Shown here: positions 19,509 through 28,747 of the stretch, in pieces
How positions within the stretch are numbered: position 1 is the stretch's first letter
How the letters are laid out: each line of letters starts with the position of its first letter
Source: a virus
Strand: one strand, 5' to 3'
Length of the DNA stretch: 64,000 nt
IMG/VR virus record: IMGVR_UViG_3300011113_000396
Span: 49,453-113,452 of that record
The notes under the pieces: generated by a model
What the model saw: only the letters and a program-made list of their open reading frames with translations
What the model was told of the DNA's origin: nothing
The model's database searches: none
Program-made: the position numbers and the translations under genes

Positions 19509-20410
19509 GTTGTGTAGTTTTATGCCAGCTCGGATCAAAATGCTTTGATCCAAAATTGCAAAAATATTACGATCCTTGGGCATCACACATATGGAATGTT
19601 GCTCATCAAATAAGAAAATGGGATACTAATATTCCATTTTATTTTATAGTCGATGAACAAATTAAAAATATTTCAAACTATGAAAATTTTAATCTACTAA
19701 AAATTAATCCAGTCGAAACAAAAGATCTAGATCTGGAATTTGATCTACAAAATTTAAATTATTTTCAGTCTCATCATGATCCATTGTGGAAAAATTCTTT
19801 ACATAGATTTTTTTACATAAATTCTTTATTAAAAAATAAAAAGCTCGAAAACTGCATTACATTTGATAATGATGTTTTAGTTTATAACAATCTTACAGAG
19901 TTAAGCAATAAATTTAATGTTTTATACAAAAATTCATGTATAACACCAGTAATGTCGAATGAACTAGTATGTGGATTTTTTTGGATAAAAAATTCAAATG
20001 TTTTAAGTCGAATTAATGAAGGTTTAATTCATTATGCTAAAAATCCATTTGATCATCATCCAACCGAAATGAAAATGCTGTATATGATACAGCAATCAAA
20101 TCCAAATTTAATTGAAAATCTTCCAATTTGGCCGGATGGGAACAATTCTGAACATGCGGATTTAATTGGGGGTATCTTTGATCCATGCACGATTAGTCAA
20201 TTTCTAGCAGGCTGCAATAATGGACAACCACCCGGTACAATTCTAATGCATCATCTTCTAGGTTCGGAATTACAAAAACATAAGTACACCATACGAGAGA
20301 CAATTACAGATAATAAAAAAATATTTTACCTTATGGACAAAGAAGGTATTATGACTCGTATAAATAACTTGCATATGCACAAAAAAAGTGCTATAAAAAA
20401 CTATATTTAA
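19505..20410 (+). CDS. Probable glycosyltransferase
   Basis: RFFYI, FDNDVLVY (DxD), EM, IFDP..I.QFL.G, NLHMH.K. Confidence 0.6.
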   Translation: MSCVVLCQLGSKCFDPKLQKYYDPWASHIWNVAHQIRKWDTNIPFYFIVDEQIKNISNYENFNLLKINPVETKDLDLEFDLQNLNYFQSHHDPLWKNSLHRFFYINSLLKNKKLENCITFDNDVLVYNNLTELSNKFNVLYKNSCITPVMSNELVCGFFWIKNSNVLSRINEGLIHYAKNPFDHHPTEMKMLYMIQQSNPNLIENLPIWPDGNNSEHADLIGGIFDPCTISQFLAGCNNGQPPGTILMHHLLGSELQKHKYTIRETITDNKKIFYLMDKEGIMTRINNLHMHKKSAIKNYI

Positions 20411-20412
20411 AA

Positions 20413-21174
20413 ATGAATTCTATATGTATCACAACTTTTTGTAATAAAAATTTCTTAAGTAGAACCGAAGAAACAATTCGGCAATTGAGAACAAATGGAA
20501 AATATTCGGGAACTATTGTCTTATTGGTGGGAGATGATCTAAAATATTATAAAAATAATGATTCTAATTTAATAGTAAAATATTTTCCAACAATCGACAG
20601 ATCTAAAGTATTACAACAACTTAATGGCGTTTCAACTTCTGATGGGAGAGATTTAAACAAACCTTTTCAATGGCATAAAATTTATACCTTCCATGATTAT
20701 TTTCGCCAATGGAATAGCTGCATGTTGATTGATGGTGGAATGAAAATATACAACCCAATACAAAAAATGCTGGATTTAGATTGTAGAAATACTTTTTTGG
20801 CTCACTGCGATGGCTATCCAACATATGAGTGGAAATTATCAGGACAATTTGAATCAGAGCGATTTAAACATCTTTATAAAGAATTGTCTTCTTTGTACGA
20901 TTTAAACATAGATTATTTTCAAACAGGAATGTATTTATTTGATACTTCTCTAATAGAAGATCAGACAATAAATCGGCTGTTGGAATTGGGAAACCGTTAC
21001 ATTAATACTAGAACAAATGAACAGGCAATAATGAATTTGTTATTTAATTGTGAAAAACAAGTATGGAAACAGATTCAAATAAAAGATGACCAATTGCATT
21101 ATTATGATTGTATGGAACGAAATGGGTTAAACTGTAAAAATTACATAATGTTGAAGATGCCACAGACTTTATAA
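20413..21174 (+). CDS. Glycosyltransferase, GT8-like
   Basis: QWHK..F, LIDGG, YFQTG.YLFD, NEQAIMNL. Confidence 0.7.
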   Translation: MNSICITTFCNKNFLSRTEETIRQLRTNGKYSGTIVLLVGDDLKYYKNNDSNLIVKYFPTIDRSKVLQQLNGVSTSDGRDLNKPFQWHKIYTFHDYFRQWNSCMLIDGGMKIYNPIQKMLDLDCRNTFLAHCDGYPTYEWKLSGQFESERFKHLYKELSSLYDLNIDYFQTGMYLFDTSLIEDQTINRLLELGNRYINTRTNEQAIMNLLFNCEKQVWKQIQIKDDQLHYYDCMERNGLNCKNYIMLKMPQTL

Positions 21175-21175
21175 T

Positions 21176-21943
21176 ATGAATTACATTCAAGGTGAAAAAT
21201 TTATTTGTTTGGCTGATGGAATACAGATTCATTACCAAGACACAGAAAATGTAGATCGTTTTTTTGAAAATGAGGCACCAAACTATCCATTCATTTTAAT
21301 AAGTCATAATGGAGATGGTGCAGTCCGGATGGAACGAGACTCGGCTTATGATGCAAGTTTGTCTAAAGCACCACCAACTTTAATAAAGTGGTTTGCGCAA
21401 AATGTTTGCGTAAGAGATTCCAGAATGCAATCTATTCCAATAGGATTGGAAAATTCTAAATGGTTTCCAGAATTACAAAAGATAGAAAAATTAAAACAAA
21501 TAATCAAAAATAATAAATGCAGATACAATAAAATTTATTGCAATTTTAATATCGAAACAAATCCAACAGAAAGAATAAAAGCACATGCAATCGCATCTAA
21601 TCTTTCTTATTGCACGACGAATTTAGGAAAAAATGGATTTGGTTATAATGAATATGTTTCAAACTTATATCATCATGATTTTGTATTGTGTCCTGCTGGT
21701 AATGGAGAGGACACACATAGGTTATGGGAAACTCTTTATATTGGATCTATTCCTATTGTAAAGAGATCCATAAATACAATGTATTACACAGACTTGCCTA
21801 TTTGTTATGTCGATGATTGGGAAGAAATCAAGAATGAAAAATTTTTAAATGACGAATATGAAAGAATTTTAGATAATAATTCTTGGAATATGGATAAATT
21901 AAATTTTAATTATTGGTCTAATTTTATACTTAAGGCGAAATAA
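21176..21943 (+). CDS. Exostosin (GT47)-like glycosyltransferase
   Basis: IPIGLEN, FVLCPAGNGEDTHRLWETLY.GSIPIV. Confidence 0.8.
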   Translation: MNYIQGEKFICLADGIQIHYQDTENVDRFFENEAPNYPFILISHNGDGAVRMERDSAYDASLSKAPPTLIKWFAQNVCVRDSRMQSIPIGLENSKWFPELQKIEKLKQIIKNNKCRYNKIYCNFNIETNPTERIKAHAIASNLSYCTTNLGKNGFGYNEYVSNLYHHDFVLCPAGNGEDTHRLWETLYIGSIPIVKRSINTMYYTDLPICYVDDWEEIKNEKFLNDEYERILDNNSWNMDKLNFNYWSNFILKAK

Positions 21944-22046
21944 ATGCTTAATAATGAGGAAATAGAAGAAATTTTTAATAAATTTGTTAAAATAAATTAT
22001 ACTCATGAGTACGACACACGATATCACAAATAAAAAAGGTCTAAAA

Positions 22047-22676
22047 ATGAAAAGAACTGAACAATTAGTAAATATATTAGAAGATTCCGATAAAAATTAT
22101 TTATTTTCTAAATTACCTGAATCTATTTTTAAAATTCAAGGCATGTCTGGAAAATATTTTAAAAATGTTTTAAACAATATTTTATCTAACACCTTTATTA
22201 AAGAATATCTTGAAATAGGCGTATGGAAAGGTTCAACCTGTGTTGCAGGATTGTATGAAAATCAAAATAGATTAAATTACCATATTATTGATAATTTTTG
22301 TTCTTTCGGTGGACCAAAAGAAGAATTTGAAAAAAATTTTCAAACATTTTTGAATAAACCGTCAAATATAATTGATGCAGATTGTTTTTCAATTAAACCA
22401 AGTGAGCATGGAATAAAAAATATAGATGTGTATTTTTTTGATGGTCCACATGAAAAAATAGATCAATATAATGCTCTCAAATATTATTATGAATATTTAA
22501 ACGAATCATTTATTTTTATTGTAGATGATTGGAATTGGGAAATGGTTAGACAAGGCACATGGGATGCTATTAAAGATTTAAATTTAAATGTTCATAAAAA
22601 TATAGAACATTTTACCGAAACACAGGATTCAAATACTTGGTGGAACGGGTGCAGTTTTTTTGTTTTGGAAAAATAA
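22047..22676 (+). CDS. Class I SAM methyltransferase (Methyltransf_24-like)
   Basis: YLEIGVWKGST, YFFDGPH, FIVDDWNW, WWNG; probable start 22047. Confidence 0.85.
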   Translation: MKRTEQLVNILEDSDKNYLFSKLPESIFKIQGMSGKYFKNVLNNILSNTFIKEYLEIGVWKGSTCVAGLYENQNRLNYHIIDNFCSFGGPKEEFEKNFQTFLNKPSNIIDADCFSIKPSEHGIKNIDVYFFDGPHEKIDQYNALKYYYEYLNESFIFIVDDWNWEMVRQGTWDAIKDLNLNVHKNIEHFTETQDSNTWWNGCSFFVLEK

Positions 22677-22678
22677 AC

Positions 22679-23350
22679 ATGAACTTAGATATTTCAAATA
22701 TTTTTATTTATATTATTCATTATAAAGGCGCAGTTGACAGAAAAACATATTTATCTGAATGGTTAGATCGCAACAGCTTAAAAGCAACATGGATGACAGA
22801 TCCAGATCGTAACGATCTTACACAAGAAGTAATATCGCAATATTATAATCAACATTGTACAAAAGAATGGTCTGATTATCCTCATCTCAATAGATCTTTG
22901 ACCAAAGGCGAAATAGCATGTTCCATTGCCCACTTGAATGTTTATAAGGATGCAATAGAAAAAAATTATTCTAATATATTAGTTTTAGAAGATGACTGTA
23001 CATTCGTACCAAATTTTATTTTAAAGTTTAATAAATTGATGGAAAAAATTCCAGATGATTATGACGTTATCTCTTTAGGATCATGTTGTAATTTAAAACA
23101 CGAAAAAGCCCATCTAGTAACAGAACCAACTTTATTTAAAAAAATACCGCCAGTTGGCAGATGTGCTTTTTCAAACCTTTTAAGTTTAAAAGGTTGTAAA
23201 AAAATCGTTGAAAGATGCATTCCATTTAGTTATCCAATGGATTGGCAAGCATTTGTGATAGCATCACAACATAATGAAGATCCGTTCAATTTTTATTGGG
23301 TAGAACCACCTATAACGATAGATGGTCAAAGTCCAACCACAGTAGGATAA
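22679..23350 (+). CDS. Glycosyltransferase family 25
   Basis: IYIIH...R, LTKGEIACSIAH, ILVLEDD, D.ISLG. Confidence 0.88.
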   Translation: MNLDISNIFIYIIHYKGAVDRKTYLSEWLDRNSLKATWMTDPDRNDLTQEVISQYYNQHCTKEWSDYPHLNRSLTKGEIACSIAHLNVYKDAIEKNYSNILVLEDDCTFVPNFILKFNKLMEKIPDDYDVISLGSCCNLKHEKAHLVTEPTLFKKIPPVGRCAFSNLLSLKGCKKIVERCIPFSYPMDWQAFVIASQHNEDPFNFYWVEPPITIDGQSPTTVG

Positions 23351-23352
23351 AT

Positions 23353-23940
23353 ATGAACCAAAATTACTTAACTAATTTAATCGAAGATTGTTTATATGGC
23401 AAAACTGATATAAGCCAACATAGGCTGTTCTTATTTTCATTGGTGTGTGCAATGAAACCAAAAAAAATATTAGAACTTGGCGTCAGGGGTGGCCACTCAA
23501 CGAGTGCGTTGTTATATGCATGTGACCTCATTGATTCGCAGCTAACATCGGTCGATATATCAGACCACCATTTTAGTTGTCCCGAGGAATTGAAGCATAG
23601 GTGGTGGTTTACAAAAAGTGATGCAATAAAATTTTTAGAAACAACTTCCGAAACATATGATATGATTTTTATAGATGATTGGCACGCCGAGGAACACGTT
23701 TACAAAGAATTGACTTTACTAAAAGATAAAGTAAAGCCAAATAATCTTATATTACTTCATGATCTCATGCATAGTTTTTCCCATCCAAACTATACAACAC
23801 AGGTTTATCCGTCAGGGCATGAATTTGAGGGATTAGGTCCCTATGGTGGCGTTCTTAAATTTGTTAAAGAAAATGTAAATTTTGAGTTTGCCACCGTACC
23901 CACTAATCACGGAATGACCATTTTGAGAAAAACAATATGA
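23353..23940 (+). CDS. Class I SAM methyltransferase (Methyltransf_24-like)
   Basis: ILELGVRGGHST, DMIFIDDWH, ILLHD. Confidence 0.85.
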   Translation: MNQNYLTNLIEDCLYGKTDISQHRLFLFSLVCAMKPKKILELGVRGGHSTSALLYACDLIDSQLTSVDISDHHFSCPEELKHRWWFTKSDAIKFLETTSETYDMIFIDDWHAEEHVYKELTLLKDKVKPNNLILLHDLMHSFSHPNYTTQVYPSGHEFEGLGPYGGVLKFVKENVNFEFATVPTNHGMTILRKTI

Positions 23941-24764
23941 GACATTTAATATTAGGTTCAAGTGGACAGATAGGCTCACATTTAGTTCCTTATTTAAAAA
24001 CTAAAAACATTCAATCTATTGAATTTGACCTTGTCAACTCACCGTATCAAGATCTTAGAATAAATAATAATACTTTTCTTGAAAAATGTATAGATGAATC
24101 GGATTTTGTATATTTTTTGGCTTTTGATGTTGGTGGCTCACGATATCTCAAAACCTATCAAAATAGCTATTCTTTTATAGAAAATAATACAAAGTTGATG
24201 GACCAAACATTTGGGTTATTGAAAAAATACAATAAGCCGTTTCTATTTACTTCCTCACAAATGTCAAATATGGACTATTCACCATACGGAACATTAAAAC
24301 GATTGGGTGAATACTATACAAATTCTTTAAATGGTTTAGTTGTTAAATTTTGGAATGTATATGGGATTGAACATGACGAAAATAAATCTCATGTGATAAC
24401 TGATTTTATTAAAAAAGCATTAAAAAATAAAAAAATAGACATGCTTACTGATGGTTCGGAGGAAAGACAATTTTTATACGCTGATGATTGCTCTGAGTGT
24501 CTTTTGACTTTGTCTCAAAAGCTTAATATTTTGGATAGAACAAAAGAATATCACATTACAAATTTTAAATGGTCAAAAGTTATTGATGTGGCTAAAATTA
24601 TTCAAAAAAATATCGATTGCGATATTGTACCAGCAACAACAAAAGACTCAATTCAATTGAATAAAAAAAATGAACCGGATACACACATATTGCAATATTG
24701 GAAACCAAGAACCACGTTAGAAGAAGGTATAAATAAAATGTGTTTTTATTATAAGAAATTGTGA
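23937..24764 (+). CDS. NAD-dependent nucleotide-sugar epimerase/dehydratase
   Basis: GSSGQIG, YGTLK (YxxxK), NVYG, RQFLYADD. Confidence 0.9.
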   Translation: MRHLILGSSGQIGSHLVPYLKTKNIQSIEFDLVNSPYQDLRINNNTFLEKCIDESDFVYFLAFDVGGSRYLKTYQNSYSFIENNTKLMDQTFGLLKKYNKPFLFTSSQMSNMDYSPYGTLKRLGEYYTNSLNGLVVKFWNVYGIEHDENKSHVITDFIKKALKNKKIDMLTDGSEERQFLYADDCSECLLTLSQKLNILDRTKEYHITNFKWSKVIDVAKIIQKNIDCDIVPATTKDSIQLNKKNEPDTHILQYWKPRTTLEEGINKMCFYYKKL

Positions 24765-24776
24765 AAGGAATAAAAA

Positions 24777-25754
24777 ATGAAAAAAGCTCTTGTGCTGGGT
24801 GCTGGTGGATTTATCGGAGGTCATTTAGTAACTCGTCTAAAGAATGAAGGCTATTGGGTTCGTGGCGTTGATATAAAAGAACACGAATACAAAAAAACAG
24901 ATGCGGATGAGTTTTTTGTATTGGATCTGAGGATTCAAGAAAATGTTGCAAAATCACTTGCACTCACAAGTAATTCTGGATTTGATGAAATATATCAGTT
25001 AGCCGCAGATATGGGTGGTGCTGGTTACATTTTTACCGGTGATCACGATGCAGATGTTATGCACAATTCAGCGTTGATTAATTTGCACGTTACACAGGAA
25101 GCAATAAAATATGCTAAACTACCTAAAGTATTCTATTCATCTTCAGCATGCATGTATCCAGAATACAATCAACTAGATCCAGATAATCCAAAATGCTCAG
25201 AGGATTCTGCATACCCTGCTGCCCCCGATAGTGAATATGGCTGGGAAAAATTATTCAGCGAACGGTTATATTTGGCATATAATCGAAATTATGGTCTTCC
25301 TGTTCGTATTGGTCGTTTTCACAATATTTTTGGTCCATATGGATCATGGAATAATGGTAAGGAAAAAGCTCCAGCCGCAATATGCAGAAAAGTTGCTTTT
25401 TCTGAAAATGGTACAATAGAAATTTGGGGCGATGGAAAGCAAACAAGATCGTTTTTATATATCGATGATTGTGTAGAAATAGTAAGACGATTTATGGAAT
25501 CAGATTTTAATGGTCCTATGAATATAGGTTCAGAAGAAATGATATCTATAAATGGTTTAGCTGAATTAGTAATGCATTTGGCAAATAAAAAATTAATAAT
25601 CAAAAATATTTCTGGCCCTCAAGGAGTGCGTGGAAGAAATTCAGACAACAAATTGATGCGCGATAAACTTAATTGGGAACCAAATCAACCATTATCCATC
25701 GGTTTAAAGAAAACTTATGACTGGATTTATAGCTTAAAAACTTGTCAATATTAA
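24777..25754 (+). CDS. GDP-mannose 3,5-epimerase-like protein
   Basis: GAGGFIG, QLAADMGGAG, YSSSACMYPE, YGWEK, RFHNIFGP.G.W..GKEKAPAA.CRK, GVRGRNSDN. Confidence 0.9.
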   Translation: MKKALVLGAGGFIGGHLVTRLKNEGYWVRGVDIKEHEYKKTDADEFFVLDLRIQENVAKSLALTSNSGFDEIYQLAADMGGAGYIFTGDHDADVMHNSALINLHVTQEAIKYAKLPKVFYSSSACMYPEYNQLDPDNPKCSEDSAYPAAPDSEYGWEKLFSERLYLAYNRNYGLPVRIGRFHNIFGPYGSWNNGKEKAPAAICRKVAFSENGTIEIWGDGKQTRSFLYIDDCVEIVRRFMESDFNGPMNIGSEEMISINGLAELVMHLANKKLIIKNISGPQGVRGRNSDNKLMRDKLNWEPNQPLSIGLKKTYDWIYSLKTCQY

Positions 25755-25769
25755 ATTAATTGGTATAAT
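25742..25769 (+). promoter_or_regulatory. Sigma70-type promoter (leaderless) for GT2-TPR
   Basis: TTGTCA-N16-TATAAT, 6 nt before ATG 25776. Confidence 0.7.
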
Positions 25770-25775
25770 AAAATT

Positions 25776-27005
25776 ATGAACCCTACAATAACATTATGCA
25801 TGATCGTTAAAAATGAATCCGCAGTGATTCTCCAGTGCCTTGAATCGATGTACAAGTATGTTGATCGATACGACATCACGGATACTGGTTCTACTGACGG
25901 AACCCAAGACATTATCCGCAAGTTCTTTGCAGAAAAGGGAATCCCCGGTGAGATCTACCAGTCAGATTGGAAGGGATTCGGTGACCATGCTGGCCGCATT
26001 GGTTCTAGAACCGAGGCTTTCCGAAACTGCGACGGCAAGGCTGACTATGTTTGGGTAATTGATGCAGATGATTATCTTGAAGGCGATTTCAAGTATCCCC
26101 CAAACATGAATGCTGCGGCCTATGCTCTTACATTTAAGAGAGATGATTTCACTTGGTGGAGAACTCAGATCTTCAAGAATGAACTTCTTTGGAGATATGT
26201 TGGTGTTCTTCATGAATATCCAGATACTGATAAGAAGCCATATGCTGTTGAAAAGATTCATGGCAATTATCATGTCACAGCCAGAACTGCTGGATTCGAA
26301 AGAAACGCAAACAAAACACTTGTTGAAAAGTATTCCAAGGATGCAGAAACCCTTGTCAAGGCTCTGGAAGAAGATCCAACGAATGTTCGATATATGTTCT
26401 ATCTTGGACAAAGCTATTTTGATTCGCAGCAATGGGGAAAGGCTGAAGATGCTTACCTAAAGCGTTCCAAGATGGGTGATTGGGGTGAAGAAGTATTCTT
26501 TTCTCTTTACCGAGCGGCAATCTGCAAGATTCTACAAGCAAAGGCATGGCCAGAAATTTATGATGCCTTCCTTAACGCTTACGAATCACGCCCAACAAGA
26601 GCAGAACCATTATATCAACTCGCTAGGCTAAATCGCCTACATAATAGACCAAGAACAGGATTTATCTATGCACAAATGGCAGCACAAATTCCATACCCTC
26701 AAGAAGACCTTCTTTTCGTTGATCACGGTATTTACAAGTGGGGTATTTTGGACGAAATTTCGTCAACTGCTTGGTATGCGGGTAAGCCCCACATCGGCTT
26801 TGAAGCCAGCCGCGTGCTGCTGCAAGAGAAAAGGTTGCCGCAAGACCAAACAGACAGAGTCACGAAGAACTTCTTAACTTATAAGGATCTGCTAGAAAAA
26901 CTCCACACTCAGCAGCAGATGAATGTGGAAGCAGAAAAGGAGAAGGCAAAGCAACAAAAGAAACAGCAGAAAAAGATGAAAAGGATGCAAAAGTTAAGAA
27001 GGTGA
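25776..27005 (+). CDS. GT2 glycosyltransferase with TPR repeats (protein O-glycosyltransferase-like)
   Basis: [29 protein letters not shown]; TPR helices ([23 protein letters not shown]). Confidence 0.9.
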   Translation: MNPTITLCMIVKNESAVILQCLESMYKYVDRYDITDTGSTDGTQDIIRKFFAEKGIPGEIYQSDWKGFGDHAGRIGSRTEAFRNCDGKADYVWVIDADDYLEGDFKYPPNMNAAAYALTFKRDDFTWWRTQIFKNELLWRYVGVLHEYPDTDKKPYAVEKIHGNYHVTARTAGFERNANKTLVEKYSKDAETLVKALEEDPTNVRYMFYLGQSYFDSQQWGKAEDAYLKRSKMGDWGEEVFFSLYRAAICKILQAKAWPEIYDAFLNAYESRPTRAEPLYQLARLNRLHNRPRTGFIYAQMAAQIPYPQEDLLFVDHGIYKWGILDEISSTAWYAGKPHIGFEASRVLLQEKRLPQDQTDRVTKNFLTYKDLLEKLHTQQQMNVEAEKEKAKQQKKQQKKMKRMQKLRR

Positions 27006-27006
27006 C

Positions 27007-28734
27007 ATGAAATTCTCAGATATCTTTAAAAAAGAACAAAAAATAAATCTTGCTGGCCTAACCAAGCAAGATGTTCTTTTATTAAAAGAAGATATTTCAG
27101 AATTTAAGACTGGTACTAAGTTTACTGTCAATCCCAAAAACAAGAGTGATAAGTCCGTAGAAATAGGCGATGGTCTTACCGAATTGCATCTAGTTGATGA
27201 AAAAGGTAAAACTGTCCTATTTTCGGGAAATTACTCAAAAATTGCGTCATTATTCACAATTTTAGAGGAAAAGACCCCCGAACCACAAATCATAGTTGTA
27301 GAAAAAACTATTGTCAATGAGATAAAAAAGAAACAAGTAATAGAAGGCAAAGAAGGTCCGATAGGGCCACAAGGCCCAAGAGGTGATATTGGAGCCAGAG
27401 GGGAACTAGGACCTGTTGGGGCTAAGGGAGAGCGCGGAGAACAGGGTGAGGTGGGCGAACAGGGTCCACAGGGCATTGCTGGCCCAATCGGGCCTAAAGG
27501 TCCAGTAGGACCGCAGGGGCCAAAGGGAGACAAGGGAGATAAAGGCGATCAGGGAGTTCCCGGAGAACGAGGTCCTATAGGCCCAGAAGGTCCAAAGGGA
27601 GATCGCGGAGAAGCTGGAGAGCCGGGACTTGATGGATTGCAGGGAGAACGAGGGCTAATTGGTCCGCAGGGTCCAAAGGGAGATATGGGAGAACCGGGTC
27701 TTCCCGGACCAAGAGGCCTAATGGGTCCACAAGGACCAAAGGGAGAGCGCGGAGAACCCGGAGAACAGGGTCCAGAAGGTCCTCAAGGTCCAATAGGACA
27801 AGACGGCCTTCCCGGTGAAAAGGGCGACAAGGGCGATCCCGGTGTCGTTTCTGCCAGTTTTCCATTAATCTACGACAAAAAATCGGCAAATCTAAGTTTT
27901 GACACTAAATTTTTGGACGATAAGATCACCAAGATAGCTGTAGATCCACTTTTGGCTAGCGGTGGCAGTGGTCTGGGTGTCAAAGAAAACGGATCAATAC
28001 TTGTCAAAACGGGTGTTGATTATTTGGATTTTAGAGGTTCTATTGATCTTACCAGACAAGGTAGAACTGTTATCGTTACAGGAACATCTTCAGGATCTGG
28101 TACTGGCATAACTGGCCCTACAGGTCCAACTGGTCCAGCGGGTGCAACTGGTGCTGACGGATCGATTGGTCCTGTGGGTCCGACTGGTGTTACGGGAGTT
28201 ACTGGTGCTGATGGTTCAATTGGCCCTATTGGTCCAACAGGTGCTACAGGCGTTACAGGAGCAGACGGTTCAATCGGCCCTATTGGTCCAACAGGTGCAA
28301 CTGGAGTTACTGGTCCTATTGGACCTACTGGAGCTACAGGACCATCTGGTATAACCAATATTAATGGTATTACTTTATCCCCTGTAACTATAAGAGATGG
28401 AACTGGAATTTTAATAGCAAATAATATTCCAAATAGAGAAATAAGTATTGAAAACGCTTGGGGAGAATTAGCAGATTCGAATTCAACCCTTGAACCGTAT
28501 ATTTTAGTTAGTTTAAATGGATTAATAGGTGCTCCATCATTATTTGCCGGAACAGGAATAACTCTCTCTGTCGGAACTCAAGGTATTACAATTTCATCCA
28601 CTTTACCCAAGTTCACGGAAGGGACAACTGCCCCAGCAAATCCAATTGCAGGAGATAGGTGGTACAATACAGACGATGGTGTGATATACACATCAGTTAC
28701 TAAATCAGGATCACAAATTTGGATAGTTGGATGA
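27007..28734 (+). CDS. Collagen-like virion fibre protein
   Basis: Two G-X-Y tracts (charged ~27346-27843; Thr-rich ~28105-28356); C-terminal APANP..GDRWYNT motif. Confidence 0.85.
   Translation: MKFSDIFKKEQKINLAGLTKQDVLLLKEDISEFKTGTKFTVNPKNKSDKSVEIGDGLTELHLVDEKGKTVLFSGNYSKIASLFTILEEKTPEPQIIVVEKTIVNEIKKKQVIEGKEGPIGPQGPRGDIGARGELGPVGAKGERGEQGEVGEQGPQGIAGPIGPKGPVGPQGPKGDKGDKGDQGVPGERGPIGPEGPKGDRGEAGEPGLDGLQGERGLIGPQGPKGDMGEPGLPGPRGLMGPQGPKGERGEPGEQGPEGPQGPIGQDGLPGEKGDKGDPGVVSASFPLIYDKKSANLSFDTKFLDDKITKIAVDPLLASGGSGLGVKENGSILVKTGVDYLDFRGSIDLTRQGRTVIVTGTSSGSGTGITGPTGPTGPAGATGADGSIGPVGPTGVTGVTGADGSIGPIGPTGATGVTGADGSIGPIGPTGATGVTGPIGPTGATGPSGITNINGITLSPVTIRDGTGILIANNIPNREISIENAWGELADSNSTLEPYILVSLNGLIGAPSLFAGTGITLSVGTQGITISSTLPKFTEGTTAPANPIAGDRWYNTDDGVIYTSVTKSGSQIWIVG
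28105..28356 (+). repeat. Degenerate 54-nt coding repeats ([18 protein letters not shown]) in G-x-T collagen tract
   Basis: About three copies with mostly synonymous differences, flanked by partial units. Confidence 0.8.
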
Positions 28735-28747
28735 GGATAAATAGAGT

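Noticed and set aside
14919-25754. Host O-antigen/capsule locus or chimeric assembly
   Set aside because: Genes are coupled to regA on the left and continue into phage promoters and fibres on the right, with no transport or polymerase genes; read-level confirmation is still advisable
14919-27005. T4-style DNA glucosylation system
   Set aside because: No dCMP hydroxymethylase or alpha/beta-glucosyltransferase recognised in this window, and the families are glycan/protein-type; not excluded for the rest of the genome
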